A DNA stretch of 64,000 nucleotides from Candidatus Latescibacterota bacterium. GTDB taxonomy: Bacteria; Latescibacterota; UBA2968; UBA8231. The stretch spans positions 416,001-480,000 of the forward strand of contig CBDCXV010000002.1 of the NCBI GenBank assembly GCA_965223905.1, read 5' to 3'. Position numbers and translations under genes: made by a program. This document shows positions 18,937-27,937 of the stretch, piece by piece. Below the pieces are notes generated by a model. It did not search any database. It worked only from the letters and a program-made list of their open reading frames with translations, and was not told where the DNA came from. Positions within the stretch are counted from its first letter, which is position 1, and every line of letters begins with the position of its first letter.

Positions 18937-19593
18937 ATGACGATTCAAGATAACAAACCGGCGACCGTACCCGACAGACTCTACGTAGATCTCGACGACG
19001 TCATCGGCGAGACCGCGCAGCGGCTCCTCGTGATGGCCGAGCGGGAGTACGGCCGCAAGGTCCCCTTCGAAGAGGTGACCTCCTTCGATCTCGACGCCGT
19101 CTTCGGTATGAACGCGGAGGAAACCGCGCAGTTCTACCGGCGCTCCAACCAGGCGGACGTGCTGTCCGGGGTGGCGCTCCGGGAGGGGGCGGTCGAGAGC
19201 CTGGCGGCCTGCCGCGCCCGCGGGATCGAGGTCTGGGTCGTCACCGGCAGGCCCGCGGCCACGAGCGACCTGACGCGGGCATGGCTCGCCGGCCGCGGGG
19301 TTCCGCACGACGAGCTGATCTTCGTCGAAAAGTACGGGCCCTGGGAGGAGCTGGACGGGCCCCCGCCCGTCGAACCGGCGGAACCGGTGTCGCTCGAGGA
19401 GCTGGCGGAGATGGAGTTCCGCGCCGCCATCGAGGATCACCCCGGGATGGCGCGATTTCTGGCCGGGCGCATGCGCACCCGGGTGCTGCTGATGGACCGG
19501 CCCTGGAACCGAGACCCCGAAGCCGGTGCCCACCCCCTGATCACCCGCTGCCGCGACTGGGATGCGGTTCTCGCGGGGCTCGGGATCGGGTAG
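18937..19593 (+). CDS. HAD-superfamily 5'(3')-nucleotidase-like protein
   Basis: YVDLDDVIGET motif I, VVTGRP, IED, DRPWN. Confidence 0.82.
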   Translation: MTIQDNKPATVPDRLYVDLDDVIGETAQRLLVMAEREYGRKVPFEEVTSFDLDAVFGMNAEETAQFYRRSNQADVLSGVALREGAVESLAACRARGIEVWVVTGRPAATSDLTRAWLAGRGVPHDELIFVEKYGPWEELDGPPPVEPAEPVSLEELAEMEFRAAIEDHPGMARFLAGRMRTRVLLMDRPWNRDPEAGAHPLITRCRDWDAVLAGLGIG

Positions 19594-19851
19594 CGCTCTC
19601 ATCAGCGACGCCTCCATCCGCTCGCGCTCGCAGCTTTGGCCGCTGCGGCCCTTCCAGATCCGGGGGCAGCACAAAGTTTCGACTGGGTCACCAGCCGGAG
19701 CGGGTCCCGGGAATTCCTGTGGAACCGAATGAATCCAGGGTTTCGGGGGAGGGGACTGGCCATCGGCCGCCCGGGCCGAAAGCCCCGGAATAAGCGATCT
19801 CATGGCGGCGAAGCGGCGGGGGCAGCGGCCCCGCCTTGAACCGCCCCAAAA

Positions 19852-20991
19852 TCATCCCCCCATTCCATACAGCTCACCGCTCGCCGCGGCGGCCCTGTCG
19901 GTGTACCCGGGCCAGCGCGGCGGCTCCAGCAGCAGGTCTCCCTCGGGGCACAGGATCCAGTCCGAGCGGCCGATCTCGTAGCTGCGGATGTGGGCGTAGG
20001 GGCCGTCGTCGTTGATGTACTGCACGACGAACAGGTCCCCGGACGGTCTCTGCACCCACCCGGAGTAGGCGCCGTCGCAGTGGATGCTGCGGTCGTGGTC
20101 GATGAAGAAATACCGGTGGCCTCCCTGGCGGGCGCGGTTGGCGGTGCAGTCCGGGTCGGCGGCGATCTCCTGGGTCTCGACGTGGAGCACGAGGTTGCGC
20201 GGCGGCGTCAGGCGCTGGAAGCCGTGGACGATGGCGACCTCGCCGGTGCGCAGGAGGCCGGCCTGCGGCCTGCCGACGCAGCAGGTCAGGAAGGTGGGGT
20301 GGGGGCCGGACCAGGTCTTTCCGCCGTCCCGCGAAATCGCCTTGTGCCCGATGGCGCGCTGCCGGTCCTCGCGCAGGTAGCAGACCAGGGTGCCGTCGTC
20401 GAGCTCGACGTAGGTCCCTTCGTTGAGCCACAGCTCCGGGTCGGAGCAGACGTGGACCGCCGGGGCCCAGGTGCGTCCGTTGTCGGCCGAGGTGAAGGCG
20501 TTGTGGAGCCAGACCGCGCCGGGGTCGTCGCGCTTTCCGACGCGGTCGCCGCCGATGATGATCTCGCCCGCCCGGGTGCGGAATATGCAGGGGCAGATGT
20601 GGCCGGTGATCCCGGTCGAGGCGCGCTCGGACCAGGTGCGCCCCGAGTCGGTCGAGCGGTAGATGAGGATCTCGGAGTCGGGGTGTTCCTCCGGCTCGAG
20701 GCGGGGCAGCAGGTCGCAGATCATCATCAGCTCGGAGCCGTCGAGGGCGAGCAGGCGCGGGTTGTTCAGCCGGCCCCCGGTTTCCGGGTCGCTCACCTCG
20801 TCGACGACGGCCTTCTCGCTCCAGGTGCGGCCGCCGTCGTGGCTGAGGTGGCAGGCGATGCGGCCGAACGGGCGGGCGGTGTGCCCGAGGCTCTCCCGGT
20901 ATATGCATACCCAGGTGCCGTCGCCGCACTCGACGAGGTCGGGGAAGGCCTTGTATACGTTGTCTTCCCGGAAGAGGACGGACTTGATCAT
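19852..20991 (-). CDS. Sialidase/BNR-repeat glycoside hydrolase
   Basis: AFPD motif; Asp boxes SHDGGRTW, STDSGRTW, SADNGRTW, SRDGGKTW. Confidence 0.85.
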   Translation of the reverse strand: MIKSVLFREDNVYKAFPDLVECGDGTWVCIYRESLGHTARPFGRIACHLSHDGGRTWSEKAVVDEVSDPETGGRLNNPRLLALDGSELMMICDLLPRLEPEEHPDSEILIYRSTDSGRTWSERASTGITGHICPCIFRTRAGEIIIGGDRVGKRDDPGAVWLHNAFTSADNGRTWAPAVHVCSDPELWLNEGTYVELDDGTLVCYLREDRQRAIGHKAISRDGGKTWSGPHPTFLTCCVGRPQAGLLRTGEVAIVHGFQRLTPPRNLVLHVETQEIAADPDCTANRARQGGHRYFFIDHDRSIHCDGAYSGWVQRPSGDLFVVQYINDDGPYAHIRSYEIGRSDWILCPEGDLLLEPPRWPGYTDRAAAASGELYGMGG

Positions 20992-21290
20992 CGCTTGGGC
21001 TCCTTCTGGTTGGGTGCGAACCGGGGGATGAACCGGCGTAACGGCCGGTTCGCGGATGGGCATGGCTCCGGATATCGGCGGGAGCCGGCGGCTGACAATG
21101 GAAAAAAAGAGTGAAGTGGCTCTCGCAGCGCTAACGGTCACTGGTGAATGTCAGCGGCAGGTATGACCGGGAGGGTGGAATATATTGGCCGGATCTTCAG
21201 GGGGGCCGCACGCAAAGGGCCGGTCGAATCCCCGGCTGGTCGTTCATCAGACTTCATGGAATAGGGATGTCAGCTACAGGTGTTGGCGAG

Positions 21291-21530
21291 GGCTGCGTGA
21301 AGTGCGGTGCCGGTGATTTCCGGGGCACGGGCGCGGCGGCAAGGGCCGCCTAGCAGTTCCCATCATTTCCCCGGGTCCCAGGGGATGCGGGATGTCGGCC
21401 GCGCCACTTGCCGACGGCTGCGTGAAATTGCGTGAAATGCGGTCGGTGATTTCGGGCCCGGGCGCGGCAAGGGCCGGCCAGCAGCTTCGAATCGTTTCAC
21501 CGGGTCCCAAGGGATGCGGGATGTCGGCCG
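21291..21530. repeat. Two imperfect tandem copies (~125-bp period) overlapping the 3' end of the NRPS-like gene
   Basis: CCGGGTCCCA(G/A)GGGATGCGGGATGTCGGCCG at 21371-21401 and 21500-21530; GGCTGCGTGAA at 21291 and 21416. Confidence 0.75.
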
Positions 21531-24500
21531 TAAAAATTGCCGAGGGCCTGGCGGAAAATGGCGTCGGGATCTCCGGGAATCGGATTCGGTGTCAGGAGTT
21601 GCGCGTCGGAGAGATTGAGCGCCGCATGGGGGCCGTACTGGAGAACGAGCTGGGCCGCGGCGCATACCGCCCGGTATCCGGGATCGTCTGCGCGGGCTCC
21701 TCGGTTGGCCGCGGGCCGGGCCGCGGCGATCAGGGCGCTGGCCAGCGCCGGCGCCGGCAGGAGGTCTGGTTCGATTCCGAGGCTGCGCAGGCCATCCAGA
21801 ACCTGGGCGGCTCTCAAGGGCTCCAGGGAAAGATGGCGCACCGGCCTGTCCCTCGACGGGCCTGTCTCCAGAAGGGAGACCAGCTCCCGGCAGACCGCCT
21901 CCACCGGAGCGAACTGCCAGGTCCAGTCCCCCTCCGGGAATACCCCGGCGGCCACCAGGGCACGCACCGCCGCGGTCAAGCGGTCGCGGGGTGCGCCGTT
22001 TTCGCTTGCGGAGGGGCCGAGAAGGTGGGGGATGCGCACGACGGATACCGGCAGCCCCCGCTCGAAGGCGGACCAGACGAGCAGCTCGGCGGCGTACTTG
22101 GAAAGGGAGTAGCCGTCGGCGCCCGAGGCTTCGAGGTCCGCGGCCAGGGAGCGCATGACATCGAGGCCGAAGGTGTCCTCCGGCCAGGAGGTCCCCAGGG
22201 GGAAGACGGCGCTCGAGGAGACGCAGTGGACGGGGGTGCCGTGCCGGAGAGCGAGCCGCAGCACTTCCCGGGTGCCGCCGACGTTTGCGGGCTCGAGGTC
22301 CTCGTAGGAGGCGAAGACGTCGAGGTCGGCGGCGAGGTGGAAGATGGCGTCGACTTTTTCGGCCAGGGCGGCGAAGGCTTCGGGGGCGAGCCCCATCAGC
22401 GGTTTCGACAGGTCGCCTGGAATCGCCTGGATGCGCTCCGCCTGCCTTCCCGGGACCGCCTCCTCGAGCCGGGATTTCGGAGCGTCTCCAGGATTTGCCT
22501 GCGGGCGCTCCGCACCCCCTCCACTGCCCGTCGACCCGGAGCCGGCTATTCCCAGGTCACCCGAGATTTCCTGCAGGCCAAGATCCGGATCCTGCAGGGG
22601 CATTCCGGCCCTCCCATGCCGATCCAGGGCATCTTCCAGGCGCCTGCGCGCGCCGCCGCCGCTGTCGGCCCGGACCAGGGCCACCACCTCAACAGGGGTC
22701 GTCCGCAACAGCGCGTCCACCAGGGCCGCCCCGAGGAACCCGGTCGCTCCGGTCACCAGGACGGTCCGTGGAGGAGTCCACGGTTCCGGGCGAACCGCAG
22801 CAGGGGTGTCGATCCCCAGCTCCGGCGGGCTCCACCCGGCCCGCGGCTGCAGGCCTTTCTGGTCCCGCAGGAAGCGGGCCAGGCCCGATGGAGTGGGGTG
22901 CCGATAGAGGTCGCCGACCGCCACGCGGCGCCCGGTCGCGTCGTGCAGAATCCCGCAGAGCCGGATCGCCCTGAGGGAATGACCGCCGCTGGCCTCGAAG
23001 TCGTCCCGCGGGCGGATCTCCGGATCGTCGAGGACCTCCCTGAAGGCGGCGAGCACCTGCTCCTGCAGATCGCCCCGCTCGGACCGCGGCCCCTGAGATG
23101 TGGACGAGGCCAGGTCCGCCAAGCGCAACTGTCGGCGGTCGACCTTCCCGGAAGGCAGGAGCGGCAGCTCGCCGACGGGGACGAACCTTCCCGGCACGCT
23201 CTGCTGCGGCAGCCGGGAAGCGACGAAAGCCCGCAGCCGGCCGGCGAGGGCTTCCGCCTGCAGACCCTCCTGTCCCGGGACGACGTAAGCCACCAGCTCC
23301 GTCTGACCTCGAGGGTCGGTCTCGGCCATGACGCAGGCCCGCCGGACAAGCGGGTGACCCTCGAGAACCTCCTCGATCTCTCCGGGCTCCACCCAGGAAC
23401 CGCGGATCTTGATGCCGCTGTCGCAGCGCCCCAGGATCTCGAGCTCGCCCCCGGGATGGAACACGCCGAGGTCGCCGGTATCCCAGACGCGGGTACGGCG
23501 CCGGCTTCCGTCCGGAGCGGGCAGGTCCACCTCGACATAGCCGCCGCCGCCGTCCTCGTCAGCGCCGTGAACAGCCCGCGCCAGGGCGCTGCCCCCCACC
23601 AGAATTCTGCCGGGGCTGCCCACCTCCACGAGCCGTTGGGGGTCGTCCCGATCGCAGAGGTGGACCTCGGCGAAGTCGGCGACCAACCCGCATGTGACCG
23701 CTTGCCCGGGCCTGAGCTCGCCGCCGGCGATATCGTGGCATTCCGCCGTCGAGTAGAGATTGGCGATCCGCACCCGGGGCAGGGCTTCCCAGGCGCGCTG
23801 CACGATGGCCGGTGCGGCGATTTCGCCGCAGAGGACAAGCAGGCGCAGAGGCCGCAGCGCCTCGATTCCTTCGGCGCAGTCGAGGCAGGCACCCAGCAGG
23901 GTCGGGGTCATCATGATCCGCGTGATACCGAAGCGGACGATGGCGGAGGCCAGGGCGAACGGGTCCCGCATGGTCTCGTCGCGGATCAGCACCGTGGGGA
24001 CGCCCCGGCAAAGCGCCGGGACCGCGTCCCAGATGCCGAAGATGTTGCAGCCCACCGCGTCTCTTGCCGGGTCGAAGGGCCAGAGCCGGCTGCGCCAGGC
24101 GTGCGAGAGCATCGACCCCACCTGATCGGTGGCGACCATTCGGGGGATGCCCGTCCGAGTGCCGGAGGTAAAGGCGAGGTGGGCTGTGCGCAGGGGGTCG
24201 GGCTCGGGGAAGGTGATTCCCGCGTTTTCCCGGGGCGCTTCCTCTTCGATCCAGATCCTGGCTGCGTCCTCCTCGAGAGAGGCGGGCAGGACCGGGGTGA
24301 ACCGCCGGGAACTCACCAGCGCGCCGAGGGGAGCGAGCGCGAGCACCTGCTCCATGATCGCCGGTGAGTGTGGTGCCAGGGGGACGTAGGGGAGCTCCGC
24401 CTTCAGACAGGCGAAGTAGGTGACGACCTTCTCGGCGTCGTTCTCCAGCAGGACGCCGACACCTGCCTGCTGGGGTCCGCCCCGGCAGCGCCTCAGCAGG

Positions 24501-24706
24501 GCCGCCGCCCGAGCCTCGACGGCAGCAATGAGCTCCCCGTAGGTCAGGTGGCCGCTTTCGTCGACGAGGATGGCCCTGTCCGGGGTGTGGCCTGCCTGCC
24601 GGGCGAAGGCGGCGTCGATGCACTCAGGGGCCGCGCTTCCCTCGGGGCGGGACCGACGGATGCGCTGGTACCAGGCGAGGGCGGTGCTTGAGAAGTCAGG
24701 GGGCAT
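21497..24706 (-). CDS. Stand-alone NRPS-like adenylation-PCP-thioester reductase (A-T-R)
   Basis: FTSGT.TG.P, DTGDLG, GRCD..IKIRG, PSGKVDR; PCP GGHSL; R domain VTGATGFLG and YSLSK. Confidence 0.9.
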   Translation of the reverse strand: MPPDFSSTALAWYQRIRRSRPEGSAAPECIDAAFARQAGHTPDRAILVDESGHLTYGELIAAVEARAAALLRRCRGGPQQAGVGVLLENDAEKVVTYFACLKAELPYVPLAPHSPAIMEQVLALAPLGALVSSRRFTPVLPASLEEDAARIWIEEEAPRENAGITFPEPDPLRTAHLAFTSGTRTGIPRMVATDQVGSMLSHAWRSRLWPFDPARDAVGCNIFGIWDAVPALCRGVPTVLIRDETMRDPFALASAIVRFGITRIMMTPTLLGACLDCAEGIEALRPLRLLVLCGEIAAPAIVQRAWEALPRVRIANLYSTAECHDIAGGELRPGQAVTCGLVADFAEVHLCDRDDPQRLVEVGSPGRILVGGSALARAVHGADEDGGGGYVEVDLPAPDGSRRRTRVWDTGDLGVFHPGGELEILGRCDSGIKIRGSWVEPGEIEEVLEGHPLVRRACVMAETDPRGQTELVAYVVPGQEGLQAEALAGRLRAFVASRLPQQSVPGRFVPVGELPLLPSGKVDRRQLRLADLASSTSQGPRSERGDLQEQVLAAFREVLDDPEIRPRDDFEASGGHSLRAIRLCGILHDATGRRVAVGDLYRHPTPSGLARFLRDQKGLQPRAGWSPPELGIDTPAAVRPEPWTPPRTVLVTGATGFLGAALVDALLRTTPVEVVALVRADSGGGARRRLEDALDRHGRAGMPLQDPDLGLQEISGDLGIAGSGSTGSGGGAERPQANPGDAPKSRLEEAVPGRQAERIQAIPGDLSKPLMGLAPEAFAALAEKVDAIFHLAADLDVFASYEDLEPANVGGTREVLRLALRHGTPVHCVSSSAVFPLGTSWPEDTFGLDVMRSLAADLEASGADGYSLSKYAAELLVWSAFERGLPVSVVRIPHLLGPSASENGAPRDRLTAAVRALVAAGVFPEGDWTWQFAPVEAVCRELVSLLETGPSRDRPVRHLSLEPLRAAQVLDGLRSLGIEPDLLPAPALASALIAAARPAANRGARADDPGYRAVCAAAQLVLQYGPHAALNLSDAQLLTPNPIPGDPDAIFRQALGNFYGRHPASLGTR

Positions 24707-24825
24707 GGTGACAAACCCGGGAGAATCCTACAAGGAACGGTAAATGGTGGAGAATGTCCCCGTAGTAGATGATGTTAAACGATTCCTGTGGATGGGAAGG
24801 GGAGAAGATTCCCAGGGTAGTCAAA

Positions 24826-24875
24826 TCATATGAGAGGAACAGGAGGTTGAATTATCGCATGACATATCATATGAT
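24826..24875 (+). promoter_or_regulatory. Sigma70 promoter with operator-like TCATATGA palindromes
   Basis: TTGAAT (24847-24852), 17 bp, TATGAT (24870-24875); TCATATGA at 24826-24833 and 24867-24874. Confidence 0.6.
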
Positions 24876-24890
24876 TGTTCCCGATGACAC

Positions 24891-25271
24891 TTGTTCTACA
24901 TCCTGGAGCAGCTATTGCACGTAGACGAGGCGACGAGACACCAATTGGTTGTCCTCGCCAGAAGGAGAAACGCTCGCGTGACTGCGTTCAGCTACGACCG
25001 GCCGACTGACTGGCGTCCAGGGCAGGTGCGTAACCCGGCTGGAGTGCTCGATACTCACTTTACTGACGCGGCCGCTTGGGAGTTGATCGCATCCAGGATT
25101 GAAAATGGCCACGCTTTGGAGGTAGTCCAGTTGGACAAACCGTCAGGGGCAAGAGGCTATGTCATGAAGATCGACCTCGATCCGGGACAGCCCCAGCTCT
25201 ACGTCAAGCTCCAACTGGGATCGGGCAAGATCATCGGAAGAAGCTTTCACTACTCCGAACGGGAGACCTGA
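24891..25271 (+). CDS. Putative MqsR-like (RelE fold) toxin
   Basis: C-terminal LYVKLQL..IIGRSFH pattern; lies directly upstream of a Zn-finger/HTH antitoxin; likely start TTG 24915 after GGAG. Confidence 0.55.
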   Translation: MFYILEQLLHVDEATRHQLVVLARRRNARVTAFSYDRPTDWRPGQVRNPAGVLDTHFTDAAAWELIASRIENGHALEVVQLDKPSGARGYVMKIDLDPGQPQLYVKLQLGSGKIIGRSFHYSERET

Positions 25272-25282
25272 GGGGGTTGTAA

Positions 25283-25843
25283 ATGGAATCGTATCAAACA
25301 ACGGCACGCTTGGGGGCTGGCCGGAAGAAACTCGAGTGCCCTCAATGTGGAATCGGCAGGGTCACGACTTCTCAGCATCGGCACACATTCACCTATGGAT
25401 CGGAGGAATCCGCTTTCGAGTTGACCGTAGATGTGCCGATGCGTCGCTGCACTTCCTGCGACTTCGAATACCTCGACGAAGAGGCCGAGCAACTGAAACA
25501 CGAGGCGGTCTGCCGACACTTCGGTGTGCTGTCACCCAGCGAGATTCGACGCATCAGGGAGCATCACCAGATGACGCGCGCGAGGTTTGCAGAAGTGACC
25601 GGGCTCGGTGAGGCCTCGTTGAATCGGTGGGAGAATGGACTCACGATCCAAACGCAGGGGAACGACCGGTACATCCGGTTACTGGCACTGCCGGGGATTA
25701 TGCAGCATCTCGAGGACTTGGTGGAGAGAGGAGCCTTCCTGCGACCAGCGTCGAGCGCTGGTGAAAACCGGTTTCGGACGCTGGAAGTCACCGAAGATTT
25801 ACGCAGGGACCAGGAGTGTTTTCGATTGCGGTCCGCCGCATGA
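25283..25843 (+). CDS. MqsA-family antitoxin (Zn finger + XRE HTH) with C-terminal extension
   Basis: CPQC...CTSC; LSPSEIRRIRE..MTRARFAEVTGLGEASLNRWENG..Q...ND. Confidence 0.85.
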   Translation: MESYQTTARLGAGRKKLECPQCGIGRVTTSQHRHTFTYGSEESAFELTVDVPMRRCTSCDFEYLDEEAEQLKHEAVCRHFGVLSPSEIRRIREHHQMTRARFAEVTGLGEASLNRWENGLTIQTQGNDRYIRLLALPGIMQHLEDLVERGAFLRPASSAGENRFRTLEVTEDLRRDQECFRLRSAA

Positions 25844-25847
25844 CGCC

Positions 25848-27683
25848 ATGTACGTAACGACCTTCTACTCATTCAAGGGAGGAGTCGGCCGCACAATGGC
25901 TCTGGTCAACGCGGCCGTCGAGCTGGCCAACAGGGGCCGCCGGGTGCTCGCAGTGGATTTCGACCTGGAGGCGCCCGGGCTCGATACCTTCGAGGTCATG
26001 CAACCCCGTGACCAGGTCCCGGGGCTCATCGATTTCGTCAGCGAGTACCTGGCCTCGGGGCAGGCTCCGGAAGCCGGCCGATTCATAAGTCAGGCTTCAG
26101 ATGTGGGAAATAAAGGCGGCGGGATATGGATAATGCCGTCAGGACGCCCCGAAACTTACGCCGCGAATTTCCAGCAAATCGACTGGGGAATGTTATACGA
26201 CAAGCATGATGGTTACCTGTTGTTCGAAGACCTCAAGGAGCAATGGAACCGGGTCGTGACCCCCGACTATGTCCTGATTGATTCACGTACGGGGCACACC
26301 GACACGGGCGGCATATGTACCCGGCAGCTTCCCGATGCGGTGGTGATCCTGTTCTTTCCGAACGAACAGAACTTGCGGGGGTTGAGGCGGGTCGTCCGCG
26401 ATGTTCGAGCCGAAGCCGGTGAACCGCGCAGCAAGACAATCGAACTCCACTTCGTCATATCCAACGTTCCGGACCTGGACGACGAAGACAGGATTCTCGA
26501 CGACAAGATCGAGGCTTTTCAGGAACAGCTCGGCTTCCCTCGCGAGCCCATGATCGTGCACCGCTACGACAGTCTTTCCCTGCTGAACCAGGTCGTATTT
26601 ACGAAGGACCGTCCAAGAAGCAGGCTGGCTCGGGAATACAGGGAACTCGTCCGGGAAGTCTCCGGACGCAACTGGGCTGACCCCGACGGCGCGCTGGACT
26701 ATATCCTTCAAGTGGGCAGGCGAGGGGAGGGACAGGATGAGTCCATACAGACAAGAGAGGACATGCTCCTCAAGATTGAGACTTCCCACCCGGACGATGG
26801 GGAGATCCTGTTCCGTCTTGGAGAACTCAGAGAGCATGATGGGCAGCCGGAATTGGCAGCCTCGCTGGTCTCCCGTGCGATAGACGCGGGGTACGATGGA
26901 CCTGATGCATACTTGCAAAGGGCTCGAATTCGCGCACGCAACCATGACTCCGAGGGTGCGGAGCAGGACGCCCTGCGCGTGTTAGACTCAAAACAAGCGC
27001 CGCCCCCACCGATGGTCCGGGAAGCAATCTCGCGGATACACTCGTACGTACCTGAAGAAATTGCCGATTCAGCAGCGGTAACATCTCTGGACCCGGATGA
27101 GCAGATGTGGCTCGCGGGGACTCTGGATCGTAGTCCGGAGGAAATGCGGGCCGCGATACCCATATGGGAGCGTATCCTCCATCGCGACGACTTCTCCGAA
27201 ACAAGGCGCAAAAGCGCAGAGCATGAGTTGGGGCTGGCCTATATGGGAACTGGGAGGTGTTCCGATGCCGGAAGATTATTCCGGCACGACGACACTAACG
27301 AGATGAATATCCAGGATGCCTTCAATTACGGCATGGCTGTTTGGGGAGAAACCGGAACCGTTGAGCAACAGCCATTCTTGCGGGTTGTGGAACTCGACCA
27401 ATCAGGCACGCAGACGGAGAAAGGACCGAACTATTTCCAATGCATGGCAATTGCCTACTGGGCTACGGGGAAAAGGATATCCGCTGACCTAAATTTGGAA
27501 GAGGCCCAAAGGTCTGTGGCAGACATTATGCCCGTCGAGTTTAGTTGCTGGCGATACTGCCGTATCAAGGCCGACACTTTCCTTGCGGATTTGATGGAGA
27601 TTCGCGCGTTGATCAATGGCGATACGTCGCGAAAGCCCCTGTTTATTTATGGTGCAGAAAAAAAAGAGTACCCGGCTTCATAA
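25848..27683 (+). CDS. KGGVGR-type MinD/ParA-like ATPase with C-terminal TPR-like helical repeats
   Basis: TFYSFKGGVGRTMALVN, VLAVDFDLEAPGL, YVLIDSRTG; helical repeats downstream; ATG 4 nt after the antitoxin stop. Confidence 0.85.
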   Translation: MYVTTFYSFKGGVGRTMALVNAAVELANRGRRVLAVDFDLEAPGLDTFEVMQPRDQVPGLIDFVSEYLASGQAPEAGRFISQASDVGNKGGGIWIMPSGRPETYAANFQQIDWGMLYDKHDGYLLFEDLKEQWNRVVTPDYVLIDSRTGHTDTGGICTRQLPDAVVILFFPNEQNLRGLRRVVRDVRAEAGEPRSKTIELHFVISNVPDLDDEDRILDDKIEAFQEQLGFPREPMIVHRYDSLSLLNQVVFTKDRPRSRLAREYRELVREVSGRNWADPDGALDYILQVGRRGEGQDESIQTREDMLLKIETSHPDDGEILFRLGELREHDGQPELAASLVSRAIDAGYDGPDAYLQRARIRARNHDSEGAEQDALRVLDSKQAPPPPMVREAISRIHSYVPEEIADSAAVTSLDPDEQMWLAGTLDRSPEEMRAAIPIWERILHRDDFSETRRKSAEHELGLAYMGTGRCSDAGRLFRHDDTNEMNIQDAFNYGMAVWGETGTVEQQPFLRVVELDQSGTQTEKGPNYFQCMAIAYWATGKRISADLNLEEAQRSVADIMPVEFSCWRYCRIKADTFLADLMEIRALINGDTSRKPLFIYGAEKKEYPAS

Positions 27684-27937
27684 AGATTAATCGTCATACC
27701 AGCACAAGACGGCTCACAGCGGTTGATGTTTGCAGAAAAATCGCGGCAAAACCACCTGCGGACACACATCGTCAACAAGGTGGTACCTGAAATAAGAACA
27801 CTCGGCTGTCTCAGCGGTGGCGTAGATGAATCCATTGGCCCAGTACACACGGCGCGGCTCGCAGACGCCAAGTCAATCACCCCTGCGGCTCGCAATGGGT
27901 GGCGCCCGGGGTGCAGTCCCGGTATTGGGTTCTCCTC

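Noticed and set aside
21260-21530. Possible CRISPR array
   Set aside because: Only two core copies, the intervening sequences are homologous to each other, and no cas genes are present
21392-24367. 991-aa plus-strand ORF
   Set aside because: Antisense shadow of the A-T-R gene; the same applies to most long Arg/Pro-rich overlapping ORFs in the track
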